DNA from: Candidatus Xenobia bacterium
GTDB lineage: Bacteria > Vulcanimicrobiota > Xenobia > Xenobiales > QWHO01
DNA: 51,254 nt
Direction of reading: 5' to 3'
NCBI GenBank assembly: GCA_045863235.1
Contig: BTUM01000057.1
Location: forward strand, 1 to 51,254
Shown here: in pieces, positions 26,006 through 35,988 of the stretch
Numbering within the stretch: the first letter of the stretch is position 1
Layout of the letters: each line of letters begins with the position of its first letter
Translations under genes and position numbers: made by a program
Notes under the pieces: generated by a model
Seen by the model: only the letters and a program-made list of their open reading frames with translations
Database searches by the model: none
What the model was told of the DNA's origin: nothing

Positions 26006-26047
26006 CAGACGTGGAAGGCTCACCGAGCCGTCTGACCACAAGGAGGA
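26006..26047 (+). promoter_or_regulatory. Probable L1 autoregulatory mRNA element before rplA
   Basis: GTGG-AA-GGCTC-ACC-GAGCC...ACCAC stem/internal-loop structure abutting the AAGGAGG RBS, similar to L1-binding leaders. Confidence 0.55.
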
Positions 26048-26056
26048 ACAATCCGG

Positions 26057-26767
26057 ATGCCTACCAAGACCAAGAAATACGTCGACGCCTGCAAGCAGTT
26101 CGACGCCAATACCCTCTACAGCCCCGAGGAGGCGCTCGAGATCGTCAAGAAGATCGCGTTCGCCAAGTTCAACGAGACGGTCGAGGCCCACATCAAGCTC
26201 GGCATCGATCCGCGCAAATCCGATCAGACCGTGCGAGGCACCACGGTATTGCCTCATGGCACCGGCAAGACCCCGCGCGTGATCGTCTTCACCAAGGGCG
26301 ACAAGATCCAGCAGGCTGAGGCGGCCGGCGCCGACGAGGCCGGGGCCGAGGAACTGGTCGCCAAGGTGAAGGGTGGCTGGAGCGAGTTCGATATCGCCGT
26401 GGCCTCGCCCGACATGATGGGCCTTCTGGGCAAGGAGCTGGGCCGCGTGCTCGGCCCGCGCATGCCCAACCCCAAGGCCGGCACGGTCAACCCGGACGTG
26501 GCCAAGGCCGTGGCCGAGCTCAAGTCGGGCAAGGTCCAGTACCGAACCGACAAGCTGGGCATCGTGCACTCGCCCATCGGCAAGGTCAGCTTCGAGGCAG
26601 AGCAGCTCACTCAGAACCTGCGCACACTGATGGATGCATTGGTGCGTGCCAAGCCGGCCACCGCCAAGGGCACCTACATCCGCTCGGTCTATGTGACCCC
26701 CACCATGGGCCCGGCGGTGCGCATCGATCCAGCCCGCGCAGCCGTTGCCGTTGCGGCCAAACAGTAA
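26057..26767 (+). CDS. rplA: 50S ribosomal protein L1
   Basis: Motifs [23 protein letters not shown] and [13 protein letters not shown]. Confidence 0.98.
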   Translation: MPTKTKKYVDACKQFDANTLYSPEEALEIVKKIAFAKFNETVEAHIKLGIDPRKSDQTVRGTTVLPHGTGKTPRVIVFTKGDKIQQAEAAGADEAGAEELVAKVKGGWSEFDIAVASPDMMGLLGKELGRVLGPRMPNPKAGTVNPDVAKAVAELKSGKVQYRTDKLGIVHSPIGKVSFEAEQLTQNLRTLMDALVRAKPATAKGTYIRSVYVTPTMGPAVRIDPARAAVAVAAKQ

Positions 26768-26780
26768 ACTGTCGCTGGAA

Positions 26781-26809
26781 TTGACAAGCAAAGGTGCCTG
26801 AGCTATTAT
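26781..26809 (+). promoter_or_regulatory. Sigma70-type promoter for tRNA-Ala
   Basis: TTGACA-17 bp-TATTAT. Confidence 0.75.
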
Positions 26810-26843
26810 AATGCTCGTCGCTCGAGGGCGACGAGCCGTTCGT

Positions 26844-26919
<76 letters not shown>

Positions 26920-26936
26920 TAAGGCACAGGACCCAG

Positions 26937-26964
26937 AGGGGCCTGCCGCGAGGCAGGCCCCTTT
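26937..26964 (+). terminator. Rho-independent terminator-like hairpin
   Basis: AGGGGCCTGCC-GCGA-GGCAGGCCCCT followed by TT. Confidence 0.7.
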
Positions 26965-27201
26965 AAGTATGCCGGGGTGAAAACGTGAAGAAACTTCCTC
27001 TACCTGGAGGAACTGTTCGACCCTGAAAGAATAGCTTTAGCTGTTCCACCCGGGTGGCCGGGATGAGCAGGCCCCGACAAAACTTTTTTTGGCCGGGGCC
27101 ATTGATGCCGTTTCCAGGGCAGGGGATCTCTGGCCCAGTTCAGAATGGGGCCCCCGACCCTGTTGGCACGTTGGCTGACGAAAGCGAGATGGTGACCGAA
27201 T

Positions 27202-27495
27202 ATGGCTTACAGGCCCTGTAGATTCCGAAGTTCGGTGCTGGGTGTTTTCCAGTGCGAAAAGCACATGTTTCAGCACAGTTACCCGGAAATCTACAATGAG
27301 CTTTATGAGTTCTGCCTCGAGAACGTCCCCGACCGTTTTTGCGGTTACGTGGACTTCGGGTTCAGTCTCGAAGGGGAGACCCCCCGCATCTTCATCAACT
27401 GCACTCATCCCTACCAGAGCCGTCCCTTGAAGAGCTTTCGAGACTGCATCGAAGAGTGCGACTACCACGACAAAGAGGGCGAATCCCTCGGATAA
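27202..27495 (+). CDS. Cys/aromatic-rich hypothetical protein (97 aa)
   Basis: ORF with 7 Cys, immediately upstream of the radical SAM gene on the same strand. Confidence 0.6.
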   Translation: MAYRPCRFRSSVLGVFQCEKHMFQHSYPEIYNELYEFCLENVPDRFCGYVDFGFSLEGETPRIFINCTHPYQSRPLKSFRDCIEECDYHDKEGESLG

Positions 27496-27648
27496 CCAGG
27501 GCCCGGAAGCATCCGGGCTCTTTGCTTTTTCAAGCAGGTGGCCCCCTGTCCGGGAGAGAATGGAATTCGGACTTGCCTGCAAACATGCGACTTCTTCAGC
27601 AGTCTCGAACTCGAATACTCTTCATCCTTCCCCGCGAGGACGCACCTC

Positions 27649-28950
27649 ATGGTCGGCGCTGAAGTGGCCCTGGCTCCCTTCGTTGCGCGCCGCGAGTATT
27701 TCGGCTGCTTGATCTATGATCGGGCGCACAGCGACTACATCCCGTTTGATCAGGATGCTACCGAGATCTTCCTGCGCAGCCAGACCCAGACCCTGGATGA
27801 GATCTACCGCGACCTGTCCGACAAGGTGACCCGCCAATCGTTCGACCAGTTCATCCAGCTTTGCAGCAGCATCGAACTGATGAAGAACGGCACCTTCCAG
27901 GGCACCTTCATCGAATCCACCTCCCACGAGCGGCTCAAGCATCTTTCGGCTCCCACCATGATCTACTTGCAGCTGACCCGCTACTGCAACCTCGCCTGCA
28001 AGCATTGCTGGGCCGAGGCGGGCGTGGCCCGGCCCCGAGAGCTGACCATTCTCGAGGTGCGCGACCTGATCGATCAGATGGCCGCCATGGGCACCTTCAA
28101 GCTGCGCCTGGGCGGGGGTGAGCCACTGGGCCGCGGGGACTGGGCCGACATCGTGGCTCACGCCAACTCGAGGGGTATCCGGGTCAGTCTCTCCACCAAC
28201 GCCACCATGGCCACCAAGGCCGTGGCCGAGAGGCTGGCTGAGCTCGACATCGAGTCGATCAAAGTCAGCCTCGAGGCGGGTAGCGAGAAGAGCTATGACT
28301 ACATCCGGGGCGATCGGGCCTATCGCAAGGCGATTCGGGGAATCAAGAACCTGATCGAGCTGAGCAAGGCGCCGGTGTACTTCCACGTCGTCTTGCAGAA
28401 GGACAATCTCACCGAGATCCCTTCCCTGGTCAAGACCGCCGAGAAGCACGGAGTCTCGCGCATCGTCTTCGACGTGGTGGTTCCCGTCGGCCGAGCCAAG
28501 GAGAACCCCCGCATCCTCCTCACTCCCGATGAGGCGAGCTCGGCGCTCGACCTGGCCCGGCGTATCGGTGAGACCAGTCGAGTGGAGGTCGAGGTGGCCG
28601 CCCGGGTGCCTCCTCCCTACCAGAAGAAGCGCGTCTTCGAAGGCTTCGGTTGCGAATGTGGCCACGTTCACTGTCATATCAGCTCGGAGGGCGTCGTCTC
28701 GGCCGGGGGCTTTGTCAGCCATCTCCTGCCCGGCGGCTCGATTCGCGAGAAATCCCTGGCGGAGCTGTGGGAGAACGGTCAGGGGTTCAAGCTCCTGCGT
28801 GGCAACCCGGGCAACAATGTCTGCAAGCGCTGCAACTACTACCGCTCGTGCCGAGGAGGATGCCGCACGCGCACCTACGCAACCATCGCGGCCCTCACCG
28901 AGCCCGATCCGCTCTGCCTGATCGCTCGCGACACGCCGCCGGCGGGCTGA
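27649..28950 (+). CDS. Radical SAM/SPASM protein (PqqE/MftC-like) with an N-terminal RRE-like segment
   Basis: RBS GAGGA and ATG at 27649; CNLACKHC, GGGEP, STNAT and SPASM tail CKRCNYYRSCRGGC...PDPLC. Confidence 0.88.
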   Translation: MVGAEVALAPFVARREYFGCLIYDRAHSDYIPFDQDATEIFLRSQTQTLDEIYRDLSDKVTRQSFDQFIQLCSSIELMKNGTFQGTFIESTSHERLKHLSAPTMIYLQLTRYCNLACKHCWAEAGVARPRELTILEVRDLIDQMAAMGTFKLRLGGGEPLGRGDWADIVAHANSRGIRVSLSTNATMATKAVAERLAELDIESIKVSLEAGSEKSYDYIRGDRAYRKAIRGIKNLIELSKAPVYFHVVLQKDNLTEIPSLVKTAEKHGVSRIVFDVVVPVGRAKENPRILLTPDEASSALDLARRIGETSRVEVEVAARVPPPYQKKRVFEGFGCECGHVHCHISSEGVVSAGGFVSHLLPGGSIREKSLAELWENGQGFKLLRGNPGNNVCKRCNYYRSCRGGCRTRTYATIAALTEPDPLCLIARDTPPAG

Positions 28951-29132
28951 TGGAACCGACCTCCAAAGCGCTTGCACGCCTCATTCTGCCCGATTGCCCG
29001 GGCTGCGACGAAGGTGTGGCGGTGGAGAACCTTGCCCCCAATGAGCTGACAAGGTGCCCAAACTGTCACAGCACGCTGTTGCTCGTTCGCATTGATGGAG
29101 TCTTGATGTTTCTGCGCGATGGTTGGGTTTGA
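28950..29132 (+). CDS. Small zinc-ribbon protein (60 aa)
   Basis: The ATG overlaps the rSAM stop (TGATG); CPGC...CPNC. Confidence 0.7.
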   Translation: MEPTSKALARLILPDCPGCDEGVAVENLAPNELTRCPNCHSTLLLVRIDGVLMFLRDGWV

Positions 29133-29245
29133 GTGGCTCGAACGAGGACGCCTGGCGTCGCATGGAGAACGTTAACAGCGCCGTTCGCGCAGAGTTCCTG
29201 CGCGCGGCTCGGGAATCCATCGAGCCAGTGAGGAGTCATTCGTGA
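29129..29245 (+). CDS. 38-aa micro-ORF, possible RbfA N-terminal remnant
   Basis: MSGSNEDAWRRMENVNSAVRAEFLRAARESIEPVRSHS, with 4-bp overlaps at both ends (TTGA, GTGA). Confidence 0.4.
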   Translation: MSGSNEDAWRRMENVNSAVRAEFLRAARESIEPVRSHS

Positions 29246-30276
29246 GCCAGCGCAAGCACGTCCCCCCCGAAGTTGCGGAGGAGATCGCCCGAGCGAACCG
29301 GGTTTTGCTGGTTTCTCACATCGGACTGGACGGTGACCACCTGGGCTGCATGATCGCCCTGCACTCGGCTCTGGAGAAGATGGGCAAACAGGTGGTTGCC
29401 TACCTGCCCGAGTCGGTGCCTGACAACTTCCAGTTCATGAAAGGCATGGAGCGCCTTTCGCCCACCTTGCCGATGGAGCGCTTCGACCTGCTCATCGCCC
29501 TCGAGTGCCCCGAGATGCACCGCTTCCCCAAGGGTTTCGACTACAAGAGCTCGGCCGAGCGGGTGCTCAACATCGATCATCATCCCGACAACCAGATGTA
29601 CGGCGATGTGGTCTGGGTGGAGCCGCAGATGGGCTCGTTGGGTGAGATGGTGTTCGACCTGCTGGAGGTCATGGAGGTCCCCTTCGATGACACCATCGCG
29701 GTCGCTCTCTACACGGCCATCTTCAGTGACACTGGCTCGTTCCAGTACTCGCGGGTGACTCCCCGCACCCATCAGCGTATCGCGCGCTTGCTCGAGTTCG
29801 ACGTCAACACCGATCTGGTGGGTCGGTCCCTGTACCGGCAGCTTCGCTTTGAAGCCATGAAGCTGCTCGGAATCGTGCTGCAGAACACAACCCGGTCCGA
29901 GGACGGACGGTTGATCTGGGCCGAGATCCCCTGGGCCGAGATGCAGCGTTACCAGGTTCAGCCCGAGGACACGCTCTACTTCGTCGACCAGCTCGATACC
30001 GTGAAGGGAGCCGAAGTGGTCATGCTCTTCCGCGAGCTCGAGGACGGTCGGGTCAAGGTCAGCATTCGCTCGCGCCACTATCCGGTCAACCAGGTCGCGG
30101 CCAGCTTCGGAGGGGGAGGCCACGCAAAGGCCGCCGGCTGCGTGGTGGAAGGGGCCCTGGGTCAAGTCAGCGGCAAGGTGGTCAAAGCCATGAGTGAGTC
30201 TTTGAGCCAGTCCATCCTCCAGGACCGCGACACCTTGCCCAGCTCCCCGGCAGTTTCCGCTCTCAAGCGAGGCTGA
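29242..30276 (+). CDS. nrnA: DHH/DHHA1 phosphoesterase (NrnA-like oligoribonuclease/pAp phosphatase)
   Basis: Motifs HIGLDGD, NIDHH, SDTGSFQY, KVSIRS and GGGGHAKAAG. Confidence 0.9.
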   Translation: MSQRKHVPPEVAEEIARANRVLLVSHIGLDGDHLGCMIALHSALEKMGKQVVAYLPESVPDNFQFMKGMERLSPTLPMERFDLLIALECPEMHRFPKGFDYKSSAERVLNIDHHPDNQMYGDVVWVEPQMGSLGEMVFDLLEVMEVPFDDTIAVALYTAIFSDTGSFQYSRVTPRTHQRIARLLEFDVNTDLVGRSLYRQLRFEAMKLLGIVLQNTTRSEDGRLIWAEIPWAEMQRYQVQPEDTLYFVDQLDTVKGAEVVMLFRELEDGRVKVSIRSRHYPVNQVAASFGGGGHAKAAGCVVEGALGQVSGKVVKAMSESLSQSILQDRDTLPSSPAVSALKRG

Positions 30277-30279
30277 CCC

Positions 30280-31554
30280 CTGCCTACCTTCGCGGTGCAT
30301 ACCCTGGGTTGCCGCGCCAACCAGTCCGACTCCGAGCGGCTGCGCGAGATCCTTTTGGGGGCGGGCTTCCAGGAGGTGGAGTTTTCCCAGCCTGCCGATG
30401 TGCGCGTGGTCAACACCTGCACGGTAACCTCCGAGGCCGATCGAAAATCGGCCCAGGTTGTGCGGCGCGGGCTGCGGCTGGGGGGGCAGGTGGTGGCCAC
30501 CGGCTGCGCCGTGGCCGCCCGGGGAGGCCTGGCTGGAGGCCGGTTGCCCGGCTCGGTGTTGCGCCTTCCTCCGGCTCAGAGCGAGCGGCTGCTCAGTCTG
30601 ATCGGGGCCGACAATTGTCCCAGTACGCAGCTGGTCGACCAGGACACGGTCAAGGTGCGCACCCGGGCTCTGCTGCGGGTGCAAGATGGCTGTGACCAGT
30701 TCTGCACTTTCTGCATCGTGCCTTACGTACGGGGGCGAAGTCGCAGCTTTCCCGTCGAGCAGCTGGTGGAGGAGGCCCGCCGGCTCGAGCGGGCCGGCTA
30801 TCGCGAGGTGGTGCTGACCGGCATTCACCTGGCCGTCTGGGGCCGCGAGCTTGGCCTTGATCTGTCTCACCTGCTCGAGGCACTCCTTTCGGCCACCAGC
30901 CGGGTTCGCTTCCGGCTCAGCTCGATCGAGCCCGATTGCTTCCCGGTAGCTCTCTTCGAGCTGATGCGGCGACACCCCGAGCGGGTCTGCCCGCACCTGC
31001 ACCTGGCCCTGCAGCACGCCAGCGACCGTGTGCTCGAGCGCATGCACCGCGACTATGACCAGGCCCACTTCAGCCGGCTGGTGGAGGCATTCTTCGCCAT
31101 TCCCGGGGCCTGCCTCACCAGCGATGTCATGGTGGGCTTTCCGGGCGAGAGCGAGGAGGACTTTGCCATCCTCAAGCGCTATCTGCGCGACCGGCCCTTC
31201 TTTCGGCTGCATGTTTTCCCCTACAGCCCCCGGCCGGGGACGGCCGCTGCCCGTTTTCCCGATCAGGTTCCGGTGGAGGTGCGCAATCGCCGGCGCGACG
31301 AGCTCCTGGCCCTGGGGGAGCGCAAGCGATTGGCCTATCTCCGGGCCCAGCGGGGCTGCGAGAGGGATGTTCTGGTGGAGGCTCCCGGCCCGCGCGACGG
31401 CACGATGGAGGGCTTGACCGAGAATTATGTCCCTGTCTTGTTGCGCGGTGGACCTGCGCTCAGAGGCCACCTTCTGCGGGCGCGACTGGGGCGCGTGAGC
31501 GGGATGGCCGTGCAGGCTGCGCTTGTTCGAAAGGAGTTCCTGCCGGGCTCTTGA
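30280..31554 (+). CDS. mtaB: tRNA methylthiotransferase MtaB-like radical SAM enzyme
   Basis: Motifs HTLGCRANQ, VVNTCTVT, GCDQFCTFCIVP, RLSSIEP and HVFPYSPRPGT. The start is uncertain (CTG 30280 or GTG 30295). Confidence 0.88.
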   Translation: MPTFAVHTLGCRANQSDSERLREILLGAGFQEVEFSQPADVRVVNTCTVTSEADRKSAQVVRRGLRLGGQVVATGCAVAARGGLAGGRLPGSVLRLPPAQSERLLSLIGADNCPSTQLVDQDTVKVRTRALLRVQDGCDQFCTFCIVPYVRGRSRSFPVEQLVEEARRLERAGYREVVLTGIHLAVWGRELGLDLSHLLEALLSATSRVRFRLSSIEPDCFPVALFELMRRHPERVCPHLHLALQHASDRVLERMHRDYDQAHFSRLVEAFFAIPGACLTSDVMVGFPGESEEDFAILKRYLRDRPFFRLHVFPYSPRPGTAAARFPDQVPVEVRNRRRDELLALGERKRLAYLRAQRGCERDVLVEAPGPRDGTMEGLTENYVPVLLRGGPALRGHLLRARLGRVSGMAVQAALVRKEFLPGS

Positions 31555-31568
31555 ATTGCCGGCCCTCA

Positions 31569-32450
31569 ATGGCCGGTCTATTTGATAAGTTTCGGGTCAA
31601 CCGACCCAAGGTGGATCAAAGTCGCAGTGATGAGACGCAGCGGGCGGAGCTTCCCTCCGATCTCTGGATCAAGTGCTCTGACTGCGGCAACGCGATGTAT
31701 CGCAAGGTCTTCCTGGATAACCTGAAGGTCTGCGACAAGTGTGGCTTCCACCACAAGCTCACCGCCCACGAGCGGCTCGAGCTGCTGGCCGACCCGGGCA
31801 GCTTTGAAGAGTGGGACAAGGGCCTTTTCTCCGGCAACCCGCTGGGCATCGAGGGGGAGTACCTCGAGAAACTGGTCAGCGATCGCAAGAAGACCGGACT
31901 GGAAGATGCCGTGCTTTCGGGCAAGATCGAGTTGACCGGCATTCCTGTGGGTATCGCCATCATGGACTTTCATTTCCGAGGCGGCTCGATGGGCTCGGTG
32001 GTGGGGGAGAAGATCACCCGCATGCTCGAGCGCAGTGGAGAGCTGCGTGTCCCCGCCCTGGTGGTCACCTCTTCGGGCGGAGCTCGCATGCAAGAGGGAA
32101 TGCTGAGCCTGATGCAGATGGTGCGCACCTCGGCGGCGGTTCGGCGCCTGAACGACCTGGCCGTGCCCTACTTTTGCCTGCTGACCGATCCGACCACCGC
32201 GGGCGTGGCCGCCTCGTTCGCCGCTCTGGGCGACGTAATCGTGGCCGAGCCCCGCGCCATCATTGGATTCTCGGGGGCACGGGTGATCGAGCAGACCATC
32301 CGTCAGAAGCTGCCGCCCGGATTTCAGACCTCCGAGTTCTATCAAAAGCACGGTTTTATCGACATGGTCGTGCCGCGCCCGGAGCTCCGAGCCACCATGG
32401 CGCGCCTGATCGGAATGTTCGCCCAACCCGCGCTGGAGTCGCCCGCATGA
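31569..32450 (+). CDS. accD: Acetyl-CoA carboxylase carboxyltransferase beta subunit
   Basis: Motifs LWIKCSDC...[16 protein letters not shown] and SGGARMQEG. Confidence 0.96.
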   Translation: MAGLFDKFRVNRPKVDQSRSDETQRAELPSDLWIKCSDCGNAMYRKVFLDNLKVCDKCGFHHKLTAHERLELLADPGSFEEWDKGLFSGNPLGIEGEYLEKLVSDRKKTGLEDAVLSGKIELTGIPVGIAIMDFHFRGGSMGSVVGEKITRMLERSGELRVPALVVTSSGGARMQEGMLSLMQMVRTSAAVRRLNDLAVPYFCLLTDPTTAGVAASFAALGDVIVAEPRAIIGFSGARVIEQTIRQKLPPGFQTSEFYQKHGFIDMVVPRPELRATMARLIGMFAQPALESPA

Positions 32451-33415
32451 GTATGATCTTGGAAGTCGAGAAGCCCTTGCTGGAATTAGAGAACAAGATC
32501 AAGGAGCTCAAGGAGGTCAACCTGACCGGCCGGGTGGATCTCTCCTCGGAGATCCGGTTGCTCGAGCGCAAGGCCGAGCAGCTCAAGAAGAGCATCTACG
32601 AGAATTTGTCGGCCTGGGACCGGGTCCAGATCGCCCGCCATTCGGCCCGTCCGGGGACGCTCGATTACATTCAGGCGCTGTTCACCGACTTTATGGAGCT
32701 GCACGGTGACCGGCTGTATGCCGATGACCCGGCCATCGTGGGCGGCCTGGCTCGCTTCGAGGGGCGCAGCTGCGTGGTGGTCGGCCACCAGAAGGGGAAA
32801 GGGACCAAGGACAATCTTGCCCGCAATTTTGGCATGCCCAACCCCGAGGGCTTCCGCAAGGCGGGCCGTCTGATGAGCCTGGCCCATCGCTTCAAGTTGC
32901 CCATCTTCACCTTCATCGACACGCCTGGCGCCTACCCCGGCATCGAGGCCGAGGAGCGCGGCCAGTACGAGGCCATCGCCAGCAACATCGCCCTGATGAC
33001 CGAGTTGGGCTCGCCCATCGTGACTGTGGTCATCGGCGAGGGCGGCAGCGGTGGAGCGCTGGGAATCGCGGTGGGCGACCGGGTCCTGATCCTGGAAAAC
33101 TCGGTCTACTCGGTCATCTCCCCGGAAGGCTGCGCTACCATCCTGTGGCGGGATGCGAGCAAGGCCGAGAAAGCCGCCTCCTGGTTGGGTCTGACCTCGG
33201 ACAAGCTGCTCAAGCTGGGGCTCGTGGACGAGGTGCTGAGCGAGCCTCTCGGTGGGGCTCATCGCGAGATTGAGAATGTTTATGAGACGGTGCGCGGCGC
33301 GCTGAGACGGCACCTGGGTGAGCTGTTGCTCTGGACTCCGGCCGAGCGGGTCACCTCCCGTTACGCCAAATATCGCAGGATGGGCGTCGTGCTCGAGCAA
33401 GCTCTGACCCCATGA
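32447..33415 (+). CDS. accA: Acetyl-CoA carboxylase carboxyltransferase alpha subunit
   Basis: From ATG 32447: [23 protein letters not shown] and GEGGSGGA. Confidence 0.96.
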   Translation: MSMILEVEKPLLELENKIKELKEVNLTGRVDLSSEIRLLERKAEQLKKSIYENLSAWDRVQIARHSARPGTLDYIQALFTDFMELHGDRLYADDPAIVGGLARFEGRSCVVVGHQKGKGTKDNLARNFGMPNPEGFRKAGRLMSLAHRFKLPIFTFIDTPGAYPGIEAEERGQYEAIASNIALMTELGSPIVTVVIGEGGSGGALGIAVGDRVLILENSVYSVISPEGCATILWRDASKAEKAASWLGLTSDKLLKLGLVDEVLSEPLGGAHREIENVYETVRGALRRHLGELLLWTPAERVTSRYAKYRRMGVVLEQALTP

Positions 33416-34827
33416 GGCCGACCCGGACCCGTATCGTTTGCACGATCGGCCCTGTTTCGTGCACCGAGGAGATGCTGCGCAGCCTGATCGGAGCCGGCAT
33501 GGACGTGGCCCGGCTCAACTTCTCCCACGGCACCCACGAATGGCATGCCGAGCGTATCGAGCTGATCCGCCGGGTCGCTCAGGAGTTGGGGGAGCCGGTG
33601 GCCATTTTGCAGGATCTGTGCGGCCCCAAAATCCGCCTGGGCAAGGTTGCCGAGGGCACCGTGCTGACTGCCGGAGCGCCCTTCGCGCTGACCACCGAGG
33701 AGTGTGAAGGCGACGCGCGGCGGGCCACCATCACCTACCCATCGCTGCCGGCCGAAGCGCGGCCCGGAGACCCGATTTTGCTCGACGACGGTCTGCTCGA
33801 GCTGGTGGTGACAGAGAACACCGCCACCGAGGTGCGAACGCGGGTGGTGGAGGGAGGGCCACTTTCTTCTCGCAAAGGGGTCAATCTTCCCAACACCCGT
33901 CTGTCGGTCCCCGCCATGACCGAAAAGGACGCCGTGGACTTGCGCTTCGGGCTCGAGCACGGCGTGGACTATGTGGCGCTCTCGTTCGTGCGCCAGGCAA
34001 GCGATCTGGTGCCTGTGCGGGCCATCATGAGCGAGCTGGGCATCTATCGCCCGGTGGTGGTCAAGATCGAGAAGCGCGAGGCGGTCGACAACCTCGAGAG
34101 CATCGTGGCGGCGGCCGACGCCATCATGGTCGCCCGGGGTGACCTGGGCATCGAGGTGCCCATCGAGGAAGTGCCCATCATCCAGAAGCGCACCATCCGA
34201 CTCTGTCGGCGCTACGAACGACCCGTCATCACAGCCACCCAGATGCTGGACTCCATGATCAGAAATCCCCGGCCCACCCGGGCCGAGGCCACCGATGTGG
34301 CCAATGCCATCCTGGATGGCACCGATGCGGTCATGCTGAGCGGTGAAACGGCCAGCGGCCAGTATCCGCTGCAGTCAGTCCAGGTCATGGACCGCATCGC
34401 GCGGGAGGCCGAGCAGCTGGTGGAGTTCGTGCCTGACATCGACCCGGTGGTGGAGTCCGACAGCGACCACCTCGTCAACTCGGTCGCCCTGGGCACCTGC
34501 CGCCTGGCTCAACAGCTCAAGGCCAGCGCCATCCTGGCCTGCACAACCTCGGGACGCACCGTGCAGGCCATCGCGCGCCACCGACCGGGCTGCCTGGTGG
34601 TGGGCATCACCGCCGAGCCGGAGATTGCCCGCCAGTTGAACCTTGTCTTTGGCGTACGTCCCCTGGTCATCGCCCAGTACGCCACCACCGAAGAGCTGAT
34701 GCACGCATCCGTTCAGGCCGCTCGGGCGGCCGAGCTGGTTCATTCGGGGGACACGGTGGTGTTGGCGGCCGGCTTCCCTCCCGGCAGCCCGACCAACCTG
34801 GTGCAGGTCGCTCAGCTCGGGACATGA
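33412..34827 (+). CDS. pyk: Pyruvate kinase
   Basis: Motifs [31 protein letters not shown] and MLSGETA. Confidence 0.97.
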   Translation: MRPTRTRIVCTIGPVSCTEEMLRSLIGAGMDVARLNFSHGTHEWHAERIELIRRVAQELGEPVAILQDLCGPKIRLGKVAEGTVLTAGAPFALTTEECEGDARRATITYPSLPAEARPGDPILLDDGLLELVVTENTATEVRTRVVEGGPLSSRKGVNLPNTRLSVPAMTEKDAVDLRFGLEHGVDYVALSFVRQASDLVPVRAIMSELGIYRPVVVKIEKREAVDNLESIVAAADAIMVARGDLGIEVPIEEVPIIQKRTIRLCRRYERPVITATQMLDSMIRNPRPTRAEATDVANAILDGTDAVMLSGETASGQYPLQSVQVMDRIAREAEQLVEFVPDIDPVVESDSDHLVNSVALGTCRLAQQLKASAILACTTSGRTVQAIARHRPGCLVVGITAEPEIARQLNLVFGVRPLVIAQYATTEELMHASVQAARAAELVHSGDTVVLAAGFPPGSPTNLVQVAQLGT

Positions 34828-34863
34828 CAGGAACCGGGCTGGTCTTTGAGGAATATTCTTCAA

Positions 34864-35322
34864 ATGACCCGTCACGTTTCCGTTGAGACGCGTTCCAGCG
34901 AAGAATCCATCGAGTCCCCCGCCTTCCGGCACGGCCGTTCCCTCATCAGCTTGCTGCTCCTGGTGGCGCTGGCCGCGGTGGGCTACAATTTCTACTTTCT
35001 GTGTGCCCGCAAGCAGGCGGCCCACGAGGCGAAACTCACCGAGATCGACCGACTGGAGTCCGAGCTGGCTGTGCTCGAGCAGCAAAACAAGATTCTGACC
35101 GAGCGGGTGGCTTATCTGCGCACCGACGCCGGGGTGGAGGAGGTCGCCCGCGAGAAGCTTGGCCTGGTGCGCAAGGACGAGGTGGCTTTCGTGGTGGTGC
35201 CGGCACTCAGCTCCGAATCACCCGACGCACCGGTCTACGTCCCCCGCCCTCCGGCCCGCAAACCGACCTTGATGCAGCGGGCCCTGCACGCCATCTTCGA
35301 ACCCGGATTTCCTCGACAGTAG
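34864..35322 (+). CDS. Septum formation initiator FtsB/DivIC family
   Basis: Transmembrane helix, coiled coil and VEEVAREKLGLVRKDE. Confidence 0.85.
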   Translation: MTRHVSVETRSSEESIESPAFRHGRSLISLLLLVALAAVGYNFYFLCARKQAAHEAKLTEIDRLESELAVLEQQNKILTERVAYLRTDAGVEEVAREKLGLVRKDEVAFVVVPALSSESPDAPVYVPRPPARKPTLMQRALHAIFEPGFPRQ

Positions 35323-35407
35323 CGCCGTTCTCGGCGGTTGACGGTGGGCTTGATCGGGCGCTATACTGAAGGCCTGAGACATCTTCGTTCAGAGGACGTT
35401 TTTTTCG

Positions 35408-35824
35408 ATGGCCCTTGAGGTCGGTTCCATCGTCGAGGGTACGGTGACCGGCATCACCAACTTTGGGGCCTTCGTCGAGTTGCCGGAAGGGCACACGGGA
35501 CTGGTGCACATCTCTGAGGTGGCCGATACCTTTGTCACCGACATCCGTCAGTATGTACAGGAGCGCTCTGTCATTCGCGTGAAGGTGTTGAAGCTCAACG
35601 ACAAGGGCAAGTACGACCTCTCCATCAAGCAGGTCGCGCATCCCGAGCCGGCCACTCCTCCAGCCTTTCGTGCGCCTCGTGGGAAACGGCCCCGCCAGGG
35701 GGACCATTCGGGGAATCCCCACTTTGAGGAGATGCTGCAACGCTGGAAGAAAGACTCCGATGAGCGGCAGTTAGACGTCAAGCGTCACAACGAAGGGAAA
35801 CGCGGCCGAGGCCGCAGCCGCTAA
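35408..35824 (+). CDS. S1 RNA-binding domain protein (YabR/YugI-like)
   Basis: GTVTGITNFGAFVEL...GLVHISEV; FEEML...DSDER tail. Confidence 0.9.
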   Translation: MALEVGSIVEGTVTGITNFGAFVELPEGHTGLVHISEVADTFVTDIRQYVQERSVIRVKVLKLNDKGKYDLSIKQVAHPEPATPPAFRAPRGKRPRQGDHSGNPHFEEMLQRWKKDSDERQLDVKRHNEGKRGRGRSR

Positions 35825-35829
35825 CAAAC

Positions 35830-35913
35830 GCGGGAGTGGCGAAATGGCAGACGCACGGGACTTAAAATCCCGGGCCGCAAGGCGTGCGGGTTCGAGTCCC
35901 GCCTCCCGCACCA
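35830..35913 (+). tRNA. tRNA-Leu(TAA)
   Basis: 84 nt with a long variable arm; anticodon arm CGGGA-CTTAAAA-TCCCG; CCA end. Confidence 0.96.
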
Positions 35914-35988
35914 ACTCTTCTACGCCCACCGATCTTCTGCTGAAAATCTTGGGATGATTTTCCGACCGGATCGAGAACCCGGCGCCTC

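Noticed and set aside
27649..28950. Mycofactocin (mftC) or PQQ (pqqE) cluster
   Set aside because: No MftA (IDGxCGVY) or PqqA (ExxxY) precursor, nor other pathway genes, was seen nearby.
28950..29132. LysW amino-group carrier protein
   Set aside because: The zinc ribbon is similar, but the essential C-terminal EDWGE motif is absent and there are no lysX/argX genes.
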